This document shows, one piece after another, positions 1 through 12,245 of a DNA stretch of 64,000 nucleotides. Positions within the stretch are counted from its first letter, which is position 1; the number at the start of each line of letters is the position of its first letter. The stretch is from Phaeosaccion multiseriatum (Eukaryota; Protista; Ochrophyta, other classes): NCBI GenBank assembly GCA_965112735.1, contig OZ218963.1, positions 744,001 to 808,000 of the forward strand. Reading direction: 5' to 3'. The position numbers and the translations under genes are program-made. The notes beneath the pieces were generated by a model. It was not told the DNA's origin. It was given only the letters and a program-made list of their open reading frames with translations, and did not search any database.

Positions 1-55
1 CACGGGCGGGGCGCCATCCATCGCTGGTGAGACGATGCCCTGCCTGCGCACGCAC

Positions 56-3000
56 CTGGCACATCAAGCCGGTACAGTGCACGTGATCAGAAGTAGAGGC
101 ACACGTGCATGTTCCCCTCGAAGTGCCGGTGATAGGAATGTATGACTCCGTGCATACACGGCTCAGGGCTGGCGTACAATGTTGGCAAAAAGCAACAGGG
201 AGAGCAGAGCACAGCACAAGCAATGAGAGGCCCCGAGCATGTAAATAGGGAGGGTGTGGAGTCCACATGGCAGGAAGGAAGCAAGGAGCAGATGGGAGGA
301 TCAGGACCGATTACGCGCACCCTTGCTACAGTCAGACCACAGGGCCTCAGCCATGCTGTTCGGAGGACTTGCATGCTCTACTCGAAGCGCCCCTCGACAA
401 GGTTCACACCTCCCCCACCCCTCCTGTAGCCTGTACTTCTTCTCTTCTGCCGTCCCCTTTCTCACCTCTCCGCACTATACAGTTGTTCACATCCTCTTGG
501 GTCGGGTTGGGCACATAGGGGCAGCTACAACAAGGGACATCAACAGCGGAGTCGGCCGGAGAGGAGGGGGTGCGTAAGCGGTGAACACGTGACCTCCTCC
601 GCAGAAGGAGGGTTCAGGCCTGAGGCAGGCTACTTGGGCTACACACAGGAGGGAACGAAGTCGCCCGCCCGCCCGCAGCAGCAGCAGCAGCATACGCACA
701 CACTCCGCTCACACCCTCCTGCAGCGTCCACTCACTTGTCGAAATCGTTCGGAATCCCATCTCCGTCGGTGTCTGCATCAGAAGGAAGCACACAACCCAG
801 CGTCACGACCATGCCGACAAGCAAGTCCGGGGATGAGAAGCAAGCCACGCCGCCCACCAGCGTAGGCAGAGGGTGGCACGAGGAGAATAAAACCACCAGG
901 ACGAGGGGCGGAAGGGAGAAGGACAGAAACAGCCAGTTAGCGAACGTTGTCAGTCAGCAAGGCAACGAGCAGCTAGTGACCACTCTGAGGTGCTCAGTGT
1001 GTAGTAACAGCATCAAAGCCCATGCCGCCCGCATGTTATCAACTCCGTTCTTACCTGCACACATGGTGAGGGAAGAAGTACCCCCACCAGATGAAGGGCT
1101 TTTTGGTACGATTGAAGCAAGTCGCAAGGATGGAGGATTCACGGCAAACACGGAGTCGGCACGGCAGAACGCAAACGAATATGAGCGCACAAAGGAGGAG
1201 AGAGCGAGATCAAATGCGAGTGCGAGGGAGTGAGAAGGGAAGGGCCGACCGCGTGTGTGTCGGGGGGGGTTCGCCAACAGCTCGTACGGCCCTCCCGCGC
1301 CGCCAAGGACACGCACAGCAAGCACACTTTGCATGCGATCACCTACCATCCCTGTCCTACGCAGCATGCTTCGTCCTTGGTCTGTTGTTCACAGCGAAGC
1401 GAGGCATGACAGAAAGCGTGGGAGGAGATTGCAGAGGTGCGGTTACGGTTACAGAAAAACCTCATGGACGTGCTCCGTTATCCCCTACCTAGCTACCCCC
1501 TCTCATTTGTGACACACACACCTCAAGGGAAAGGCAGGCATTGGCATTGGCCGCTCCGCCGCAATTGGCGTAGGAACTTCCCGACAAGACAGCATTCTGC
1601 AGAGGGCGGTTGGGGCGAGGTCACAGAGAGCAATCAAGTGTTGGGAGAGCGCTTTCGAGAGGAGCGATGAGCATGAGAATGCACTCTGCCCCGTCCACTT
1701 TCGCTTCATCAGGGCCCAGCAGGTGCACGCAAAGACATGTGGAGAGGGCCGAGGGTACAAACAAGGCTTGCTCGCAAGGAGGCGAGGAACGCACACGAGC
1801 GAGGAGCGGAAGTGACAACACAGAAAGGAGGCCAACACACACAGCGAGGAGACGAACCGAACATAGACTAGCAGAGCAGCCAAGCATGAGAGGAAATGGG
1901 GTGGGGAGAAGGTGGAGAGGCACCGCAACGCCCCGTCCCCGTTAACTCGTGTGTAACGTCTGCTACCCCCCTATGCCAAGACGGACTCACCTCGCAGCTA
2001 CCGCTTTCCGTGCAGTCAACAGCGCAGTCCTTCAGGATGGGCAGCATTGTGAGGTGGCGACAAGCGAGAGAGAGAGGGGCGGAGTGAGCAGAGTCGACAT
2101 GATACATCAGTATGAAAGCAGCCGAAGGAGGGGGGGGGAGAAGGGGGACCCGACCCTGGCAGACAGCGACGGTGCAGGCTTAGACTGGCACGAAGGTCGG
2201 GCAGGTGCTAAAGCTGTCGCAAAGAATACAGAACAGCTGCACACTAATATAATGAAAGGCGAATCAATCAACAAGCGGCAGAGGCCACACTCAGAACCAC
2301 TTCTCAGCCCCTGCCTGGCGTGCGAGTCCAAACGGCGGATGGAACGGGCGATATACCAAACACTCACCACAAAAGTGGTGCCCTGTGACGTCGAAGATGC
2401 AATGCAGCCATCAGGAAAAAATGCGAAGAGCGTGGCAGTGAAGAGCAGCAGCGTCAGCCGAAGGAGGGTGGCGAGGGAGCCAACCACAGGCCGCCGTGAG
2501 GACGAGCAGTAGACAGGGGGCACAGGGGGCACGTTCGCGGTGTGGCCCAGCCAACCAATCGTTGCGGATGTTTTGGTGAGTCGTGACCGTGGCATGAGGG
2601 AAGGCGAGCGGTTTGTGGCAGGGAAGAAGGGAGGCAGCAAAGCGCAACGCGATCAAGTGGGGCGACGGAACAAAAGTCAGTCATGTGCCCACCACCGCCT
2701 CGAAAGAGAGATTGGTACGGTGAAGGCGTTGACACCGCCTAGCCCCTCTTCCGAGGAGGCGGACAGCAACTCTAGCCTACACGCAGATAGATGCAGGGGG
2801 TACAGGAAGAGTGGCAGGCAACAGGCTGTTGGTGTAGAGAGAGAGCCTGACTGACTGGCTGTAGTGGCAAAGAGCGCAGGAAGTGCATTGGGCGGGGCGA
2901 GTCGAGCACTTGGTGAGAAGCGCTGGTGAAAGGCGCAACCGCACCCACCTGGCAGATCTGTCCCCCACACAAACGTGGATTGAGAGGGTTCACAGAATTG

Positions 3001-6000
3001 CAGGTGCACGTGTCGGAGGAGGTGTCGTATGCTCCACCGCCGAGCTTGCAGATCGCCTCCCTGGTAATGCCTGTAAGTCATGGTAGGTCCAGGGGAAGGA
3101 GGTGGGCAAAAGGCGAGGAGCGGCAAAGGAGACATGAAGCAAAACGGAAGTGAGTAGCAAGCTGCGGCAAGTGGGGATTGATCGTCCCATGGGCATGCCG
3201 ATTGCAGAGCAGCAGGGGCACAGGGCTGAGATTGAGTCTGAGGCACACGCTGTCCAGACGAAGGGAAGGTGGGGGGGGCGAGGGGAAGCATTGCTCCATG
3301 TCCGACAACAGGACTGGCGGCTGAATAGAGTAAAGGAGAAGAGGGAGGGTGGCACTCAAAGGCAAGCATGAAATACCAATCTCCCTCTTCCCTGCCTCCC
3401 AAACGTACCGAAACCGTAAGTGTCTTGTGGGCGCGGTGAGGGGAAAGTGCTGGTGTAGAGCTCAGTAGTGCCGTCCGCGTCGAGGATCTTGAAGCTCGCG
3501 CCGTTGATGCGGTCCTTGCAGCAATCGTCGACACGGTTGGTGACCTCGCAGGACGTAACAACTTGGTCACGTCCGCCAGAAAGGTAGAGAGTGAGGCGGG
3601 GAGCGGGATCCGGTGGAAGTGCGGAGGAGTGACAAAAGTTGTCCTTCCTGTTGTCGTCGCAGTTGCTCGCTGAAAAATGCGATAAGGTAGAGCTTAACGT
3701 GATATCCACCAGTGGAATCTTTATGCTGCCATCGTAACATTCGACTTCTGCCAGATTAAGGACACCCTCATGCCCAGTGCTAGCGTCCGCCGGAGGCACT
3801 TCAATGACGACTTGCCTGTCAGAACCAGGGCACAGAAGCAGCGAGGGGAGGGGGGGAGGGGGGGAGGGCATCGACAGGCAGGCAAAACGGGGGTTTCGCA
3901 ACGTGCATTAGTGATGACGTCATCTGCGCTTCGAGTAGGCAGCAGCAGGAGTGGCTCAATGAAATGACGAGAAAGGGAAGGTTCAAAGCGAGCTCTGGCT
4001 GTTCACTCAGTTTCACAGAGGGGGTACTTACTTGCCAACTACGATAGGCATAGGAGAGGAGGGTGCAAGTGGTAAAGGGCCGTCAGTGCCCATGCGCCGA
4101 GCCGTGAAGCACACATGCGGGCGAACAGGGCAGGCAGCAGTGAGCAGCCCAACGGGGGGGGGGAGGGCGTGAGCAGCACGCCAGGCAGAGTAAGTTTGCT
4201 TGTATGGCTTCGACATTTACGGCGGGGAAATGATCGAAGAGCAGCTCAACCACCAAGAAAGGAATGTATGACTCCGTGCATAGAAAGCTCAGGGCTGGCG
4301 TACAATGTGGGCAAAAAGCAAGAGAGAGAGCAGAGCACAGCACAGCACAAGGCAAGAGAGGCCCCGAGCACGTAAATAGGGAGGGTGTGGAGTCCAGATG
4401 GCAGGAAGGAAGCAAGGAGCAGATGGGAGGATCAGGACCGATTACGCCCACCCTTGCTACAGTCAGACCACATTCAGACCACAGGGCCTCAGCCATGTTG
4501 TTCGAAGGACTTGCATGCTCTACTCGAAGCGCCCCTCGACAAGGTTCACACCTCCCCCACCCCTCCTGTAGCTAGCTTGTACTTCCTTCTCTTCTGCCGT
4601 CCCCTTTCTCACCTCCCCGCACTATACAGTTGTTCACATCCTCTTGGGTCGGGTTGGGCACATAGGGGCAGCTACAACAAGGGACATCAACAGCGGAGTC
4701 GGCCGGAGAGGAGGGGGTGCGTAAGCGGTGAACACGTGACCTCCTCCGCAGAAGGAGGGTTCAGGCCTGAGGCAGGCTACTTGGGCTACACACAGGAGGG
4801 AACGAAGTCGCCCGCCCGCCCGCAGCAGCAGCAGCAGCATACGCACACACTCCGCTCACACCCTCCTGTAGCGTCCACTCACTTGTCGAAATCGTTCGGA
4901 ATCCCATCTCCGTCGGTGTCTGCATCAGAAGGAAGCACACAACCCAGCGTCACGACCATGCCGACAAGCAAGTCCGGGGATGAGAAGCAAGCCACGCCGC
5001 CCACCAGCGTAGGCAGAGGGTGGCACGAGGAGAATAAAACCACCAGGACGAGGGGCGGAAGGGAGAAGGACAGAAACAGCCAGTTAGCGAACGTTGTCAG
5101 TCAGCAAGGCAATGAGCAGCTAGTGACCACTCTGAGGTGCTCAGTGTGTAGTAACAGCATCAAAGCCCATGCCGCCCGCATGTTATCAACTCCGTTCTTA
5201 CCTGCACACATGGTGAGGGAAGAAGTACCCCCACCAGATGAAGGGCTTTTAGGTACGATTGAAGCAAATCGCAAGGATGGAGGATTCACGGCAAACACGG
5301 AGTCGGCACGGCAGAACGCAAACGAATATGAGCGCACAAAGGAGGAGAGAGCGAGATCAAATGCGAGTGCGAGGGAGTGAGAAGGGAAGGGCCGACCGCG
5401 TGTGTGTCGGGGGGGGGTCGCCAACAGCTCGTACGGCCCTCCCGCGCCGCCAAGGACACGCACAGCAAGCACACTTTGCATGCGATCACCTACCATCCCT
5501 GTCCTACGCAGCATGCTTCGTCCTTGGTCTGTTGTTCACAGCGAAGCGAGGCATGACAGAAAGCGTGGGAGGAGATTGCAGAGGTGCGGTTACGGTTACA
5601 GAAAAACCTCATGGACGTGCTCCGTTATCCCCTACCTAGCTACCCCCTCTCATTTGTGACACACACACCTCAAGGGAAAGGCAGGCATTGGCATTGGCCG
5701 CTCCGCCGCAATTGGCGTAGGAACTTTCCGACAAGACAGCATTCTGCAGAGGGCGGTTGGGGCGAGGTCACAGCCAGAGAGCAATCAAGTGTTGGGAGAG
5801 CGCTTTCGAGAGGAGCGAGATGAGCATGAGAATGCACTCTGCCCCGTCCACTTTCGCTTCATCAGGGCCCAGCAGGTGCACGCAAAGACATGTGGAGAGG
5901 GCCGAGGGTACAAACAAGGCTTGCTCGCAAGGAGGCGAGGAACGCACACGAGCGAGGAGCGGAAGTGACAACACAGAAAGGAGGCCAACACACACAGCGA

Positions 6001-7743
6001 GGAGACGAACCGAACATAGACTAGCAGAGCAGCCAAGCATGAGAGGAAATGGGGTGGGGAGAAGGTGGAGAGGCACCGCAACGCCCCGTCCCCGTTAACT
6101 CGTGTGTAACGTCTGCTACCCCCCTGCCAAGACGGACTCACCTCGCAGCTACCGCTTTCCGTGCAGTCAACAGCGCAGTCCTTCAGGATGGGCAGCATTG
6201 TGAGGTGGCGACAAGCGAGAGAGAGAGGGGCGGAGTGAGCAGAGTCGACATGATACATCAGTATGAAAGCAGCCGAAGGAGGGGGGGGGAGAAGGGGGAC
6301 CCGACCCTGGCAGACAGCGACGGCGCAGGCTTAGACTGGCACGAAGGTCGGGCAGGTGCTAAAGCTGTCGCAAAGAATACAGAACAGCTGCACACTAATA
6401 TAATGAAAGGCGAATCAATCAACAAGCGGCAGAGGCCACACTCAGAACCACTTCTCAGCCCCTGCCTGGCGTGCGAGTCCAAACGGCGGATGGAACGGGC
6501 GATATAGCAAACACTCACCACAAAAGTGGTGCCCTGTGACGTCGAAGATGCAATGCAGCCATCAGGAAAAAATGCGAAGAGCGTGGCAGTGAAGAGCAGC
6601 AGCGTCAGCCGAAGGAGGGTGGCGAGGGAGCCAACCACAGGCCGCCGTGAGGACGAGCAGTAGACAGGGGGCACAGGGGGCATGTTCGCGGTGTGGCCCA
6701 GCCAACCAATCGTTGCGGATGTTTTGGTGAGTCGTGACCGTGGCATGAGGGAAGGCGAGCGGTTTGTGGCAGGGAAGAAGGGAGGCAGCAAAGCGCAACG
6801 CGATCAAGTGGGGCGACGGAACAAAAGTCAGTCATGTGCCCACCACCGCCTCGAAAGAGAGATTAATCTTGGTACGGTGAAGGCGTTGACACCGCCTAGC
6901 CCCTCTTCCGAGGAGGCGGACAGCAACTCTAGCCTACACGCAGATAGATGCAGGGGGTACAGGAAGAGTGGCAGGCAACAGGCTGTTGGTGTAGAGAGAG
7001 AGCCTGACTGACTGGCTGTAGTGGCAAAGAGCGCAGGAAGTGCATTGGGCGGGGCGAGTCGAGCACTTGGTGAGAAGCGCTGGTGAAAGGCGCAACCGCA
7101 CCCACCTGGCAGACCTGTCCCCTACACGAAAGTGGATTGAGGGGGGTCACAGAAGGGCAGGTGCACGTGTCCTTGTCGTTGTCGTATGCTCCACCGCTGC
7201 GCTCGCACGACCTCTCCATGGAAATGCCTGTAAGTCATGGCAGGTCCAGGGGAAGGAGGTGAGCAAAAGGCGAGGAGCGGCAAAGGAGATAAGAAGCACA
7301 AACGGAAGTGAGTAGCAAGCTGCCGATAAGTGGGGCTTAGCTAAGCGTCCAGCCAATGGGCATGCCGATTACAGAGCAGCAGGGGCACAGGGCTGAGATT
7401 GAGTCTGAGGCACACGCTGTCCAGGTGTCTACGCAACCCGGCCGGGAGGGGCGGAGGCTAGGCAGGCAGCTTAGCTACGGCCGGGGGGTTGAGGCGAAGC
7501 TCTGAAGGAGCGACTGGAGCTACTACATGTGGAAGGCGATGGCGAGGGTGTCTAGTCTAGCTACTGGACGGTGCGCAGCGGATCACGGCCGCACCACGCC
7601 CCACGCAGCAGCCAGCCCCTTTGGAACTTACAGGAAAGGAGCGATTGACATGCGAGAGCTGCGGGTGGTGTTGCTGCGAGGAGGCACAGCACCAGACTGA
7701 GGGCCCACCTCCCGAAGCCGTTCTGCTTCACGGGGGAGAGCAT
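56..7743 (-). CDS. Secreted modular Cys-rich / thrombospondin type-3 repeat / F-type-lectin-like protein (multi-exon, runs off the window start)
   Basis: GT-AG exons join in phase: 7743-7632 (signal peptide MLSPVKQNGFGRWALSLVLCLLAATPPAALA-CQSLLS), 7227-7106, 6533-6519 (GTTFV), 6180-6142 (DCAVDCTESGSCE), 5743-5669, 5528-5494 (TKDEACCVGQG), 5245-5202, 4919-4883 + 4671-4613 (DTDGDGIPNDFDNCPYVPNPTQED = TSP3 motif), 7-nt exon 4038-4032, 3815-3409 (lectin-like: LNLAEVECYD...FCHS...VTNRVDDCCKDRING), 3070-2949, 2382-2368, 2029-1991, 1596-1522, 1381-1347, 1098-1055, 772-736, 524-466, 168-56. Confidence 0.8.
134..3257. repeat. Intragenic ~3.1-kb direct duplication, copy A
   Basis: Near-identical to 4260-7424 (offset ~4126-4167). 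Centre ~99% identical, ends more diverged. Confidence 0.97.
4260..7424. repeat. Intragenic ~3.1-kb direct duplication, copy B
   Basis: Homology to copy A starts at AGGAATGTATGACTCCG and ends at GCTGTCCAG. Confidence 0.97.
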
Positions 7744-8779
7744 GGCTGTAGTCTCGCAGACTCTCCAAATGCCCGCTGCGACGAAAGGCAGGCAAGCAAG
7801 AAACAGGGGCCAAGCAGCCATAACAAGCAAGCCGTCATTAAGAAGGCTCGCTCCGCAACTTGATAACCCTTGATAAATCTGCCACATCTCTCAACTGAAT
7901 CAAGCAGAAGCCTGCAGAGCAGTGATTCGCAAAGCAGACAGGAGGTTGCGGCGAGACGAAGCAGCCTAAAAATGCGCGAGGAGGAGAGGAGGCAGTCAAT
8001 CTCAATCGGGGAAGAAAACATTCCGTCGATTCGGATACACCACTCTCTGCCTGGATACACTCTTAGACCAGCCAAGGTTATTGCTTGGGCAGTCCTTCTC
8101 CCCCTTTCTTCCTCACCACACGCCCGCCCGTGCCTCTCCCGGTTTGTCCGCCTCTCCTCAAACGATTTACCTGGTCCTGTTGCCACTGTTGCCAGGAAAG
8201 TGCGCTGCATACAGGGAGGGAGGTTGGATGTACGCGCCCCCCTGGGCCCGCACCCCCCCGAGCAGCCCCCCCGCAAGATCCGAAAAGTTCGTTAAATTCT
8301 TCGGACAACCAATGCGAAGAGGAAGAAGAAGAAGAGAAGAGAAAAGATGAGGAAGCTGTGTAGAAGACTGGCAAGGACCGATGCAATACGAAGCGGCAGC
8401 GGTCAATGGACAGCGTGCAGCAATGGTGGGGTTATCGAGACGCCAGGGCAGTGGCCGTGGCGAATGACAAACAGGGAGCAAGCAATGGACGAGAAGAAAG
8501 GGAAGGGCGGCATTTGATATTGCAACCTGAGCCTCGAGTTTCGTATTGGCTGTTGCCTGCGGCAGAGTTGGATGTTGAATGTCCTATTCTGGATCTGTGA
8601 CGGCATAAAATCCCCCGCCTCAATTGCGGATTTAGCGGTTTGTGCTCCTGCTGGTGTCGCTCCTTATTGGAGGCGAGGCTGCCTCTCCCTGCTGAAGTGG
8701 GAGCGGGCCATGGAGGCGTGGAGCCAGTTTCTCGCCTGCTGTCGGTGGTCTTCGGCGCCGAGGGGCGGGGAGTTGCAGA

Positions 8780-9040
8780 GCAGCGGCAGCCGGAGCGGCC
8801 GGGAGCATTGGGAGGAAAGGGGGTTAGCAAGGCAATGGCAGTAGTCACCAGCTGAGCAACCTGCACCAAAGCAGCGGCAGCCGGAGCGGGAGCATTGGGA
8901 GGAAAGGGGTTTAGCAAGGCAATGGCAGTCACCACCAGCTGAGCAACCTGCACCAAAGCAGCGGCAGCCGGAGCGGGAGCATTGGGAGGAAAGGGGTTTA
9001 GCAAGGCAATGGCCGTCACCACCAGCTGAGCAACCTGCAC
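8780..9040. repeat. 87-bp minisatellite, 3 copies
   Basis: Unit GCAGCGGCAGCCGGAGCGGGAGCATTGGGAGGAAAGGGG...CAACCTGCACC at ~8780, 8871 and 8958. Confidence 0.9.
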
Positions 9041-9100
9041 CACGCCGCTCACAAGAGAGCGGAGCAGGGAAGACGGGGAATATGGCAGCAGCTGTGAAGG

Positions 9101-9830
9101 ATGGAGGCCGAGACCTACAACACGAGGGAGGAGAGCCGCGACGAGGACCGTATCCTGGTGGCGGGCACCTTGGACGGCGCTGTACACGCCCTCGACGCCT
9201 CCACTGGCACGCGTTTGTGGACCTTTCCCACCGGTGATCCCCTTGGTTGTGCAGACGTACCAACACGTGCCAGATACCCTGCCTGGAGAGCAAACGCTGG
9301 CTCATCCCTGCCCTGGATGAGAGAGCAGGCTGGTACAGCCATCATTAGGGAGCGAGGCGGGCGTGGTCAGGTGGTCCAACGGCTCAGCCTCAATGCCAGA
9401 CAGCTCGTCGAGCGGACCCCCTGCTTGACCCCTGGTGGTGGATCAAGCCCCCTGTCTACTGGCACCACATCGGCAACCGCTTGTGCTCTGCTTGTCCATC
9501 GATGCATGGCGGCCACCACTTGCGACAGGTCCTCTCGGCACTTCGGCACTTCCTGTGCAGAGCTTGCACGCGCAGCGAAGAGTCTTGCAGGAGGTGTGTA
9601 GGTGAATTGCATATTCCTGCTGTCGTACTTTGCTTTGCTGTCTTTCTGCTATCCTCCTCGTTCTTAACTCTCTGTTGTGTCTTTTTTTGCCCGCCCGCCC
9701 TCCTCCAGGTCAGCAAACCAAAACTTTCGGATGGGGCTTATGGTGTACGTAGTCACCGCCTTTGATTTGAGCTCGGGAGAGGAGCTGTGGAGTATGACAG
9801 GCTCTGTGTTCGTAGAGCGAGTTCAGGGAA
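9101..9830 (+). pseudogene. Degenerate IRE1/PERK-like luminal (PQQ-like propeller) domain fragment
   Basis: ILVAGTLDGAVHALDASTGTRLWTFPTGDPL, VQRLSLNARQLVERTPC and YVVTAFDLSSGEELWSMT resemble IRE1 luminal motifs. No kinase domain; followed by copia sequence. Confidence 0.55.
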
Positions 9831-9895
9831 GAGGATGGAGGGGCAGTGGCAGCACCTTCCACCAACACTCTTCCGGCCGTGGCCGCCCCCCCCCC

Positions 9896-10500
9896 TCCTT
9901 ACTGCGACCGATACGGAGTCGGTGCTACACGAGGACAATCAGGGGTGCATTCAGCTGGCAAATGGGAACGCGGGCTCGAAGCGCACGAGACACATCGACG
10001 TCCGGTATCACTTCCTACAGTACCACGTGAAGAAGGTACACGTCAGTTTTCAGTACATCAGCCCCAATGATCAGCTTGGAGACATCGTGACCAAGGCATT
10101 GGCACCACAGGTGCACCAGGGTTTGGCAGTGCGGATGTTGACTTATAAGGGAGACAGGAAAGGGGAAGGGGTACTTAGTTTTGTTTAGGGTATGAGGTTT
10201 TCTGGACTTTGCTATTAGGATTAGGGGTTTGGGGGCAAGTCAAGTGTTTCCTCATTGTGTTTGTGGTAGAGTGTCAGCTATCAAAAGAGATGGTGATTCA
10301 GTCATAGGAGGGTGTTACGATGAATATCGACTTAATTATGTGACTGAGCACTAGATCGACGTAGAATATCGATGTACATGAGTGGCGCCGATTCCCCATC
10401 CCCTCTTTAGACGTATCTCTCAATGGGTATATAACACAGGCACTACAAGAGTTGACACTACTTGGCCTGTCACTGTATCTGTAGAGGGGATGTCGCAACA
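9896..10500 (+). mobile_element. 5'-truncated Ty1/copia LTR retrotransposon (RNase H C-terminus + PPT + 3' LTR)
   Basis: LHEDNQGCIQLA...SKRTRHIDVRYHFL...DQLGDIVTKAL is the copia RNase H signature. Purine tract AGGAGGG precedes an LTR TGTT...AACA (10313-10500). Confidence 0.9.
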
Positions 10501-11697
10501 GCAGCGCTGGTGGTGCGATTGCCGAGCGTATGCCTTTGGTGTGCACCCCACCGGCGGGACTGAGCCAGCCAGGAGAGTGTGGTGGTGTACACAAAGCTCA
10601 GGAAGGTGTGGCACCAGTCGGTATGTTGGAAGGTGCGTGGGCAAGTTTACGCCATGCCATTTAACGGTGGAGACGGATTCGAGGGAGAAGAGAAACAAGG
10701 CAGTGGTACCCTCGTCGGCAGCAGCAGCACCACCACCACCAGCACCTGTGGTAGCCTAGAGCCATGTTATTGTGTGGAGAGGAGATAAGTCCCAAGCTGA
10801 GCACTGCCGGGTGTCCGCCCATCAAGTAGGGGCGGAGGGGGAGAGGGGAGCTAATAACCACGTCAACATTATTAGTTCCCTTTGTCGTTGGTCGTCGGCC
10901 TCAAAAAGGGAGAAGAACAAGCAATTAAGAGTGCTGACCAGGACCAGGACAAACACAAAGGCGATTGGCGTAGTGCAGTGCCACGAACGTAACGTTACGA
11001 AAGAGGGCATTACCCACCCCTACCTGGGACGCGTAACCAAAACTGCTCAACTCGGGGGGGGGGGAGGGCCTGGTGGGCTGCAAGACACCCTCATGCAAGA
11101 CCCGCATGGCCCTTACGTAAGGAATAGGAGTTTCAGTTTGTTGGGCCTCCACACACGCTGCCGGTCTAGAACTGCTGAACTTGATATAAGGTTATATAAG
11201 GTTGTAGAGGAGGTGACGATGCCGGCATTCGACTTGCTTGTCCCGACGAGGGCTACACGATGCGCATGTTCAAACTCGTTCAAACAGTAGTTTGGTCGTC
11301 TGGGAAAAATTTCTCTCTCTTACGTAATTACTTACATAGTATGGAATCCGCACTTCCCCCCCTCCACCAGGGCAGTCCACAACCCTTGACTCCCTAGTAC
11401 GTGCTCCCCTTTTCTTCCACCCAGAGTATCGGCAACTAACCAAGACCAATGCGTCGCATATACAAGCCACACACATACACACTTCTTACCTGATGGTGGG
11501 TGCAGCACGGAATTCCCGTCAACACGTCGCTGGAGGGAGGGAGAGCGAAGCAATCGAAGAAAAGAGCAAGCGTAAACACAAAGAGAGATATGGAGAGCGA
11601 GAGAGGAGAAAGGCACAGGGGAGTGAGACAAGAGCACAAGCGTAAACATACACAGAGAGACATGGAGAGAGAGAAGAGAGAAAGAGAGAGAGAGATG

Positions 11698-11732
<35 letters not shown>

Positions 11733-12245
11733 GAGAAAGCCACAGGGGAAGATATGGAGGAAAGATATATAACAGGCTACAGGCGTGAGAGCGAGGGATA
11801 GAGGGACAGCGAAGAGCTGTGTGAGCGAGCGGGTTCGAAAGAAAAATCCGTACGAGCAGGGGGGCAGTTGACAACCCCTTAGTGCCATCTGTGTCTGGGA
11901 AGGGGCGGGCGGGGGGGGGGCGGGAGGGATTGAAGGACGGAAAGAAACAAAGCGTACTCGCTACGCTCGCACGCGAAAAACATCTCTAGGCTCCTCCTTA
12001 CCACGACTATCGCCCCTCTTCTGTTTCGTTCTCGCCGCACCTGCCGTACAATGGAGAGTAGGACGGGGAGCAAGCAGTATTGTATCTCAGATGCATGAAG
12101 AAAGGGGGTGGGGGAAAGGAAACATGGCGAGCAAGTCCTATCGCTACCACCCAAGAAGGCAAAGCCCCTCTTCGCTCAGGACGAGGGGCGTAAAAACAAT
12201 TGCGTGCAGCGACGAAACAAAAAATCATTTGGATTCAGGTGATTG

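Noticed and set aside
589-5380. Plus-strand ORFs 589-1233, 1949-2512 and 4385-5380
   Set aside because: No domain signal; they lie antisense to the exon chain of the lectin/TSP3 gene.
8432-9187. Minus ORF with a 29-aa repeat (VQVAQLVVTAIALL...)
   Set aside because: Explained by the 87-bp minisatellite and antisense of the IRE1-like fragment; no independent support.
10900-12100. Possible minus-strand exons (donor-like sites near 11488 and 12040)
   Set aside because: Could not assemble a consistent frame or recognise a protein.
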